A DNA stretch of 64,000 nucleotides from Octopus vulgaris (Eukaryota), in NCBI GenBank assembly GCA_951406725.2, contig OX597822.1, positions 66,216,001 through 66,280,000 of the forward strand. The letters are read 5' to 3'. This document shows, in pieces, positions 54,549 through 64,000 of the stretch (position 1 is its first letter; each line of letters starts with the position of its first letter). A program made the translations under genes and the position numbers. A model generated the notes under the pieces. It saw only the letters and a program-made list of their open reading frames with translations, had not been told where the DNA came from and did not search any database.

Positions 54549-55362
54549 TATAGGTTATCAAGCACCAGAAGGTGACAAACTCAGACTCAAAGAGAAACAC
54601 GAATGCATACATATATATGACGAGATTCCACATAGATTCTGTCCTGCAAATACACTCGCAAGGCAATGATAACCCCAGAGCTATACTAGAAAGCAGCGGC
54701 CCACGATACCCTGTAGTGGGATAGAACGCGAAACTACGTGACTGCATAAATAGTTTCTATTCCACCCAGACATATTTACTTATATATTTCTATATATAAC
54801 GTTACGCTGAATAAGTTTAAAGCCATAGACAGCTTCATTAGAATTTAGAAATAAATGAATTAATTGTGTTGAAAAAAATATTCTTTAATGAGTTCAGATA
54901 TTAATTATATTTCAGAATTCACCCAAGACAAAATTGCACGCATTAAAAATTATTGATATTTTGCAAAGATATAGGTTAAACTGAAAATATGCCATCGTAG
55001 CAAAATCCATGTAGATTTTCAAATAAAAATATAGTTTCAACGAATAGCTCACTGAAAAATTTTTCTTACTTTCTTTATATAATCTATATATTTCTTTTAT
55101 CGGAAGATTATTTTTTAATCTAAATTTACTTAAGAATACGGCGATTCTATATTACAATTAACTTCTATTTTCCCATAACAATATATAAGATATTGATCAT
55201 TTTGTTACACATCTTTCTTATCTGAAGACTCTTATCATTATATATTCCGCTATTATATTTTCTCCTTAGTTTTGTATGTTGATCGTCATTATATTTCTTT
55301 TCTTTCTTCTTCTGGCTTCCATATTTTGTTCTGAAGCCTAAATACAAATGACCTACGTAATG

Positions 55363-55417
<55 letters not shown>

Positions 55418-55627
55418 TTACATTTATATATTATATGTATATAAATTTATATGAATATATATAATTAAATATCATGTATAAATATGTGTGCATATAAAAA
55501 TATACTGTATCAATATATATGTATGTAAATAAATTGGTGTATATATATATATATATATACACACATTTATTTATATACATATATATATATAAACTTACAT
55601 TTATATAGATATATATGCGTGTGTATA

Positions 55628-55669
<42 letters not shown>

Positions 55670-56437
55670 ACCTTACATTTATATACATATATGTATGCTT
55701 ATATACATAATATACACATATGTATATATATATATGATATATATTATATATACATATGTATATAAATTTACACGTATATATAAGTTATATGTTCATCATG
55801 CATAAATAAATGTATATATGTATGAATATATATCTGTATGTGTATATGTGTGTGTAGCTCTATGTGAGTGTGTATGTATCTGTGTCTTTAAGCTCTAGAT
55901 TGTGTATCGATTGAGCGATAATAATCTCAGGGAACTACGTTTTATCATCCATTTTCCTGAGTGTGCAGATGTTAGAAAACCTAAAGGCTGATTTCGCGTG
56001 ACACAGATATGCATTAAATTAGTACGTCCTATTTAATGCAGCCTTTTCTTTAAACTAGAATAAGATATTTTCTTCCATTGAAAATGTCGCATACTTATAT
56101 TGTTTTCCCGTTGATTCCCAAATGCTTTAACTTCATGGAATTAGCGGGAGGAGATATAAAGCGTGTCCTGTATTAGCTTGCTTCATTGTTTTTCGTCTTT
56201 TAGTTCGTCCCATCAGAATTCTTCCGTATCTCCTTCTATGATCAAACATACCATTGTTCGGACAATAGGAATCGTCAAAGCAGGCGCCAACCAAATGTCA
56301 TAGATACAGGCTCTATCCACGCCTCTAAAGACCCCCTGTCTAATTGAGTTATTCTCTGAAATTGTGGCTTGCTAGCGCTTCTGCATCTAAGTCATAGGCG
56401 AGACTGCATAAACACACACACAGACACACACACACAT

Positions 56438-56556
<119 letters not shown>

Positions 56557-56596
56557 TATATACATATATATATATACATATATATATATATAAATA

Positions 56597-56870
56597 TATA
56601 TATATACATATATATATCAACACACACATATATACACACGCACTTTATAACCAAATACATAGATATACACATACATTCACCCACATATATACACGCATAT
56701 AGATACAAACATATATATATATATTTGTGTGTTTATACATATATATACTTATATATGTTTGTATCTATATGTGTGTATATATGTGGGTGAATGTATGTGT
56801 ATATCTATGTATTTGGTTATAAAGTGCGTGTGTATATATGTGTGTGTTGATATATATATGTATATATATA
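56597..56870. repeat. Foldback: ~120-bp near-perfect inverted repeat, ~35-bp spacer
   Basis: cacacgcactttataaccaaatacatagatatacacatacattcacccac versus gtgggtgaatgtatgtgtatatctatgtatttggttataaagtgcgtgtg. Confidence 0.92.
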
Positions 56871-56943
56871 TACACATATATGTTTAATTAACTGTTTATC
56901 CATCTATATCTATTAACTATTACTTAACCATTCTCTCAAACTG

Positions 56944-56993
56944 TCTCCGATGAAGTGATATATTTAATAAATATCCTAGAATTAGCTGTAAGA
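56944..56993 (+). ncRNA. Decayed hammerhead-like motif (probably Penelope-like pLTR relic)
   Basis: tct-CCGATGA-a-gtgata...tatcct-a-GAAT-tagctg-TA-aga: two core mismatches plus one in the stem III palindrome; same layout as 58907-58993. Confidence 0.4.
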
Positions 56994-57066
56994 AGACCTT
57001 CTATCAGTAAATGTTCTAATATCTAAACAGCCTCGGTTTCTTTTATCTTATTGCGCAAAACAATTC

Positions 57067-57102
<36 letters not shown>

Positions 57103-57106
57103 ATAT

Positions 57107-57148
<42 letters not shown>

Positions 57149-57439
57149 TATAGCAAATGCCCATTTGTGTAAGAATTATTACACACATATTCACATCATA
57201 ACAATATAGTTTCAAAAGTACACGCCTGCAATAATTAATTATATGAGGAACTGCATAGATTCCTCTTTGTCTACTTTAATCAACAGAATTCTTATTTCCA
57301 TGAGCAAATTAACTTCAGTGTATTCAGTTTATTCGATATTCTATCTGCGGCAAAATGAAATAAGCACCATCTCTGCGTAATTATGTTGATTATAATGTAA
57401 AAATGGAATCTGTGTACGATATGTTTAATAATTATATAT

Positions 57440-57850
57440 GGCGCATGTGTGACTGTATGGGAAGAACCTTACTTCTCAAGCACATATGGTTGGCTTCAGA
57501 GGTTCAGTCTTAATGCTTAGCACCTTCGGCAAGTCACCTCTACTATAGCCTCAGGCCGACCAAAGTCTTGTCAGTGGATTTCGAAGACGGAAACTGAATG
57601 AAGTCCGGCATATATATGTGTGTGTGTGTGTGTTTGTGTGTGTATGTTTGTGTATGTGTGTTGTGGGGTTGTCACCCCACCACAGTATGACAATTGGTGT
57701 CGTGTTTACGTCCCCGTATCGTAGCGGTTCTGCAAGAGACCGATAGATTAAGTAATAGGCTTCAAAAAAGTATGTCCTGCACTCAATTTGTTCGACTAAA
57801 GCACATCAACGTGGTGCCCTAGCTGAGTCACAGCCAAATGACAGAAACAT
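57440..57850 (+). mobile_element. Degenerate family-A SINE
   Basis: caccttcggcaagt, gacggaaactgaa, gtttacgtccccgta segments in order. Confidence 0.8.
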
Positions 57851-58474
57851 TTTGATGATAAAAGATGTATTTTCCCTTCGGGAATAGGATTTATGTTCAA
57901 ACCAAACCAGAAATCTCTTCCATAAATTTTGCAATGTTGATCAGCGTCTTAATCCGATTGACTCTACGGAATTTAAGAAGATATCTTCATATACATGTTT
58001 CACTTCATCACAAAGTCTAGATATATGTCAATGGAAATATCCCATGATATTCCCATGTTCAATTACTTACGGACACGTATTATAATAAATTGTTGTATAA
58101 GAATACCTGGAATTTGAAATTGTATTTTTTTAAGTGGTCTGAAGTGGAAAATATTTACCTCTTTTCTCCACATACCAGTCGTAGAACCACTGATTTATGT
58201 ATAGGTTATATTTTTAAAGAGGTTATAGATATATGTATGATTCATATGTACATCCGTACACGCGTCAACCGATGCCCAGCGTACACACACACACACATAT
58301 GTATATATGAATGTATATAAATATATAGAGTATTATACATATATATGCACATATATATGTATAAAGATGTCTACCTGTATATATAGATGAAATTTACAGA
58401 AAAACGAAAGACGAAGACAGGTGTATGAACAATAAGTAGATGTATTTGTTTGAAGTTCTGGAAATTGAGAAAAT

Positions 58475-58510
58475 CTTTTACGTTTCAAGCCTACGCTCTT
58501 CAACAGAAAG
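58475..58510 (-). ncRNA. Minimal hammerhead-like variant within a TA-flanked short repeat (about 58385-58580)
   Basis: Minus strand: cttt-CTGTTGA-a-gagc(gtag)gctt-GAAA-cg-TA-aaag; A6 replaced by U. Confidence 0.45.
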
Positions 58511-58580
58511 GTATAAGAGGAAATAAGCAGAGGGAAAACAAAATTAAAAACTTGGGGATATAGCGATCAATCATGACGAC

Positions 58581-58639
<59 letters not shown>

Positions 58640-58672
58640 CTATCAAAAGAAAAATAGGATGCAAAGGGTTTT

Positions 58673-58759
58673 GCGGTACATATGTTTCTGGCTTTATTGA
58701 ACAATTTATATCAATGCATAATTGATATAACATGTAGGTCAACAGCCTTCTTCAGCCGC
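58673..58759 (-). ncRNA. Type-I hammerhead ribozyme-like motif
   Basis: gcgg-CTGAAGA-a-ggct...agcc-a-GAAA-catatg-TA-ccgc; stem I gcgg/ccgc, long stem II with ttatatcaat/attgatataa, palindromic stem III. Confidence 0.65.
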
Positions 58760-58906
58760 GTACAATAACCACACCAAAGACATATATTACATTATAGCAG
58801 GTTTGAGAAAAAGTTTGGGAAAAAAACGAGTTTCATTGGGAAGGTAAATCTTCATAGTCGTAGACCTGCTATAATGTAATATATGTCTTTGGTGTGGTAA
58901 TTGTAC

Positions 58907-58993
58907 GCAGCTGAAGAAGGTTGTTGACCTACATGTTATATCAATTATGCATTGATATAAATTGTTCAATAAAGCCAGAAACATATGTACCGC
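58907..58993 (+). ncRNA. Type-I hammerhead ribozyme-like motif (second copy)
   Basis: gcag-CTGAAGA-a-ggtt...agcc-a-GAAA-catatg-TA-ccgc; one stem I mismatch. Confidence 0.6.
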
Positions 58994-59094
58994 AAAACCC
59001 TTTGCATCCTGTTTTTCTTTTGATAAATATATCCTATCAGCTACATCACTAGCTGGCATATACAGGTGCTTACAGTTATCAAGTATCCACCCTG

Positions 59095-59125
<31 letters not shown>

Positions 59126-59131
<6 letters not shown>

Positions 59132-59945
59132 TTTGGTAACAAAGTTCTTGGACAATTTTAACTTTAGTAACAATTAAAAAACGACAACGAACAATCAATC
59201 CAAAAGGTAATCACCCTCGTTATCGCTCACATTTTTTCCATCTTTCCGTCAAAGTTTTGAAGCCTTTCATCCCGAAATCGCGTGGCTTTGAATGAATAAA
59301 GTGAGAAAGGAACGATTTTCCTTCTTCGTTTTCGAACTCTGTATCGCCAATCGCTCGTTGCAAGGCAAAGAATAAGTGGTAGACAGAAGCTTCCTTCAGC
59401 TTCTCTGACGTCTTCTTTGCATGATGCGCTGGCGCGTTGTCATGGCTGTAAATTATCTTCTTCAAATTTGAGCATTTTTCGGCCATCGATTTATTCGCGG
59501 TAGACATCCTTATCAACAGTGGTCTTGCGTGGGAGAGGATCCAACATGATCACACCACGGCAATTTTACCAAACTGAGATCATAACTTCTTTTGCACAAG
59601 CGGTCCGTTTGGCGAAGGTTTTGGCTGTAGACCTTTGCTACACCAGGATCGTCTACACATCATGTTGGAGTACACTACCCACTTTTCATCCATATTGATT
59701 ACTGACTCCAACCAATCGAATCTTCGGCTTCGCCAGAGCAGACTTTGACATGCAGTGACGCGTGCTTCTTTGTTCACTTCAGTCAATTCATGTGGCACCC
59801 ATTTTCCAAGCTTGCTGACCTTGCCAAGACGATGCAGGTGGTTAATGATCGTGACATGGGAGACGCCAAACGTGCAGTTTGCATTGGATCGGTTTCAATG
59901 ATTTGCAGCAATGATTTATCCAAAAACTTTCTTACCAATGTAATA
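59126..59945 (-). mobile_element. Internally deleted mariner transposon
   Basis: PHELT, DEKWVVY, HDNAPAH, ERWKKC; imperfect ~30-bp TIRs ttggtaacaaagttcttgga / tccaaaaactttcttaccaa; TA flanks. Confidence 0.85.
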
Positions 59946-59953
59946 TATATACA

Positions 59954-60029
<76 letters not shown>

Positions 60030-60040
60030 TGTGTAAGTGT

Positions 60041-60342
60041 GGAGGCACAATGGCCCAGTGGTTAGGACAGCAGACTCGCGGTTGTAGGATTGCGGTTTCG
60101 ATTCCCAGACCGGGTGTTGTAGGTGTTTATTGGGCTAAATCACCTAAAGCTTCCGTCAGGGAGTGGGTTGGCGTACTCTGCTGTACTCTTTCGCCACAAC
60201 TTTCTCACACTCTTTCTTCTGTTCGCTTGCTCGCTTAGCCAGCGGGGTGGTGTCATTTGAAGGCTAAAACAATGTGAAATGCATTGTGACCAACGATGTG
60301 TAGCAATATCTGATAACGTGGTCGGTCACGGTGATTACGGTG
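60041..60342 (+). mobile_element. Family-C SINE, full length, 14-bp TSD
   Basis: A box tggcccagtgg, B-box-like gtttcgattccc; atatgtgtaagt(g/a)t at 60027-60040 and 60343-60356. Confidence 0.92.
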
Positions 60343-60499
60343 ATATGTGTAAGTATAGATGAGTATGTACACACACACACATACACACACAGACGTACAC
60401 ACGCACATACACACACACACATACACAGGCACATAATGATGTCACATAGATGATGTCACGTGTTAATTTTGCTACTCATAGATTGAGACCTATATCCTT

Positions 60500-60925
60500 A
60501 AACAGGGAAATGAGACGCTCGTGGATCTACTTGCTAGTGTTAGTAGCCGTATGGATTAATACATGTGTCATTATTATGGTATGACAAAATATTTTTTTTT
60601 TTTTCACACCTGCTATCATATTAGTAGTATCTACTGCCAAACATGCAAGCAGTAAGTTTGCAAGTTTTGCACTGTATAGTCTTATTACAGCTGTTCAATG
60701 AACCATGATTGGAGCATTGAATGCTTTCAATTGCGTGCAAATCATAATAGTTACTGGAATATTATATAACACTGGTTCTATGATCTGCAAAACATACCTG
60801 AAGCAAATGCTATATTGGCTCGCACTTAGTTACTAATATTGAACATCAAATAACAAACAAAACATTAGGTGTACGTATGTCTTTATGTGAGATTGTATAT
60901 AGCTATTTGCTTGCATGATTAGTCA
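60500..60925 (-). repeat. Inverted copy of 2030-2470
   Basis: Reverse-complement alignment by eye. Confidence 0.8.
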
Positions 60926-61023
60926 TTCAAATACATAGGTAGATATTTACCCGTATGAATATATACAGATATTGAATACTTTCATATACGATGAATGCTT
61001 GCATGCATCCATATATTTGTTTG

Positions 61024-61594
61024 TATTGAGTTGTCCGGAAAGTTCGTGCCGATTTATAGTAGCTTATCTTTCAACATATTTTAGAACATGGTTGAGTCCA
61101 TAAAATAGCATTTTACTACACCTCAATTTAGGACACAGTTTAAGCTATCTTTTCGTGAAAGAAGTTTTTATGTTCCTATAACCTGTATTAATTCTGTAAC
61201 CCTTTAAAATGGAAGATAAGAAAGTTCCTTTTCGGCACTTGATGCTTTGAGAACTAGAAAAAATTGCTGCAGCTCGGCTGGGATGTGTTAACCCACCCTC
61301 CATATTTATCAGATATTGCTCCTTCGGATGTATAATTACTCAGGTCTCTGCAGAATAGTCTTAATGGTAAAAATTTCAAAATTCTTGGATGACGTAAAAA
61401 GATACCCTGATGAATTTTTTGCCATGAAACCATTTCAATTCTGGTGAGAGGGTATTTTCAAGTTAAAGGAAAGATGGAGATGCATTGTACAACAAAATGG
61501 TTCATATTTGGTTGATTAAAAATGTAATGGCAAGTATTTATTGACCTTTTTCTCTCCTTTAAAATTCGGCACAAACTTTCCGGACCACTCAATA
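61024..61594 (+). mobile_element. Mariner deletion derivative with TIRs and TA TSD
   Basis: TAttgagttgtccggaaagttcgtgccga ... tcggcacaaactttccggaccactcaaTA; LGWDVLTHPPYLSDIAPSD and ERWRCIVQQNGSY. Confidence 0.9.
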
Positions 61595-61642
61595 AATGAA
61601 AAGAATTCTATATGTTTGAGTATCTGTATGTTAACATGTATT

Positions 61643-61850
61643 TACCAAGATTGTGCTGAAAAGTTCCTGGTTCTAAAGGTGTCGGGAAAGGCCAGGTTGG
61701 AGGCTCTTCCTTCCAAATTTTTTTACAGGGCTACAAAAAATCTGAAGGACAGCTACGATAATTGTGTCAATCTTAAAGGGAAAATTCCTGAATAAAATCA
61801 TAATTAACTGATCTTACCTACAACTTAGAGCTTTTCAGTAAACCCTCTGC
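61643..61850 (+). mobile_element. Short mariner-type MITE; partial second copy at 62366-62473
   Basis: tgctgaaaagttc ... gagcttttcagta termini; internal ttggaggctc...tttacagggctacaaaaaa.ctgaaggacagctac repeated at 62410-62468. Confidence 0.6.
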
Positions 61851-62474
61851 AAAGTATATTTGCATGCTTATAATATGATATATCTTCCTGTCTCCCGTCC
61901 ACAAATATCATGCAGTTTGAATCACTCCTCCTAACATTCATTCCAATCCCGAAATTGCTGCCCAGATTCTCTAATTAGTATATATATATATATAACGCCA
62001 TGAAATATTCAAGTGCATGAATCCAGTTTTATTATCAATTAGTTCAAATAATTCAAATACTTATTTGTTTTTATTAATGACTTCATTTATGTTGAATTAG
62101 CTACGTCACTTTGAATCGACAAACTATTTTATCTGTTGTGACCAACAACAAAACAACTAATTTCATCACCACCGTTCATCCCATTGCCCGACACTGAAAC
62201 CATGCGACCAAATTTATGACTTCTCATCTCCATCTTGAACAAGTGATAAGTCTGTTTTCGAGCACAATGACACAGCACGCCAATAAATTGCAGTTTATTG
62301 TTCACTTTATTTTGAGGTTTGAGGTGATGTTTTAAACACAAAATATTAAAATAAATTATATATGTATGCTGAAAAGTTCCTACCTCCAAAGGTATCGGGA
62401 AAGGACAGGCTGGAGGCTCATCCTTCCAAGTTCTTTTACAGGGCTACAAAAAACTGAAGGACAGCTACAAATAA

Positions 62475-62638
62475 GGCGTAGGAGTGGCTGTGTGGTAAGT
62501 AGCCTGCTTACTAACCACATGGTAACGGGTTCAGTCCCACTGCGTGGCACCTTGGGCAAGTGTCTTCTGCTAAAGCCTCGGGCCGACCAAGGCCTCGTGA
62601 GTGGATTTGGTAGACGGAAACTAAAGAAGTCCGTCATA

Positions 62639-62686
<48 letters not shown>

Positions 62687-62970
62687 TATATATATATATA
62701 TGTATATACGTATGTATATACGTGTGTGTGTGTGTATGTTTGTGTGTCAGTGATTGTTCCTCCAACATCGCTTGACAACCGATGCTGGTGTTTTTACGCC
62801 CCCGTAACTTAGCGTTTTGACAAAAAATGTCCGATAGATACAATAGGCACTAGGCTTACAAAGAATAAGTCCTGGGTTCGATTTGCTCAACTAAAAAAAA
62901 AAGGCGATGCTCCTGCATGGCCGCAGTCAAATGACTGAATCAAGTAAAAGAATAAAAGAATAAAAAGAAT
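62475..62970 (+). mobile_element. Family-A SINE, full length
   Basis: Head, accttgggcaagtg, internal (TA)n(TG)n, tail (TAAAAGAA)n. Confidence 0.9.
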
Positions 62971-63188
62971 GTAATGAAATTTTTCGATAAGTTTGTTATT
63001 GTAATTTCTTATATTAATTTCCTATCTGCATTTATGTTGCCTTCTATAAAAGATCATTCTCTGCATATTCCCCAATGTTTCAATCAAACTACAAACATCA
63101 TCTCTATATAAGTATCTATATGCGAAAGACAAATATTTGTTATATTAATTATAAGTATTTTATCACCATATATACATATGTATCTATC

Positions 63189-63228
<40 letters not shown>

Positions 63229-63296
63229 AAGAGAGAAAGAAATAGATAGATAGATGTATATATATATTTATATATATATGTGTGTGTATATATATT

Positions 63297-63375
<79 letters not shown>

Positions 63376-63807
63376 ATGTGTATATATATATGTATATATG
63401 TATATACACGCTGTATATAGTTTTACCCTTTATATAATAAAACATAAATCACATCGTTTGGGAAAAGGTATACACTTATTATATCCTTCTTTGTTTTTAT
63501 TCTCCCTGTTCAATTAGGTCGACTATTTCGAGTGAATAACCAAGTCCAATTATCGATATCGAATATAGAAATGAGTTCCATAAACTTAATTTTAGATTTC
63601 CGTTCTGAATGCATCTACTTTTTTTTTTTTTTTTGTTTGGCAAAATCTAATTTCGAAGTTAAATAAATTCAATGTCAAGTTTTGTTTCAGAGAACATCAA
63701 AATATCAACAAAACAAAATCATTAAGAGTGACAACACCTGTAAGAATAACAATAAACATGAGGAAAAGTATTAATATCTACATATTACATGTATTTCTTA
63801 TACATGT

Positions 63808-64000
63808 GAAGGCGCATGGCTCAGTGGTTAGAGCGTCGAGCTTACGATCGTGAGGTTGTGAGCTCGAATCCCGGACCGGGCTGCGTGTTGTGTTCTTGAG
63901 CAAGGCACTTTATTTCACGTTGCTCCAGTTCACTCAGCTGTAGAAATGAGTTGCGACGTCACTGGTGCCAAGCTGAATCGACCTTTGTCTTTCCCTTGGA
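63808..64000 (+). mobile_element. Family-D tRNA-derived CORE-type SINE, runs off the window
   Basis: A box tggctcagtgg, B-box-like gctcgaatccc, then tgtgttcttgagcaaggcacttt...ccagttcactcagctgtagaaatgag resembling the CORE domain. Confidence 0.8.

Larger units (their letters stand above)
58641..59025. repeat. Foldback element: 162-bp inverted arms (58641-58802, 58864-59025), 61-bp spacer
   Basis: Arms are reverse complements with about four substitutions by eye; TA-rich flanks. Confidence 0.95.

Noticed and set aside
63808-63880. tRNA gene
   Set aside because: A/B boxes present but no paired acceptor stem, and the sequence continues into a CORE-like SINE body

Overview
AT-rich, microsatellite-saturated eukaryotic DNA with no recognisable host exon. 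It is probably intronic or intergenic DNA of an octopus or other coleoid cephalopod; this is inferred from the tRNA-derived SINE families and the (TA)n/(TAA)n load, not proven. Almost all listed ORFs are microsatellite artefacts. Real content: (1) a 5'-truncated CR1/L2-group LINE (40411-42985) with a 673-aa open RT region and one in-frame stop, plus two 3' remnants of a related LINE; (2) three R4/Dong-like remnants, two of them stacked in a TAA array; (3) mariner relics; (4) four or five non-autonomous Helitron-like elements; (5) dozens of SINE copies in four families; (6) a possible solo LTR. The most notable signal is a set of short elements embedded in (TA)n that carry type-I hammerhead-ribozyme-like motifs with an extra purine after the CUGANGA box and a mostly palindromic stem III. 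These include a 385-bp foldback (58641-59025) with one hammerhead on each strand. Also notable: a LINE/SINE 3' hairpin conserved by compensatory changes, SINE multimers with a recurrent junction, and many closely spaced inverted repeats. All alignments were made by eye; boundaries of degenerate copies are approximate.
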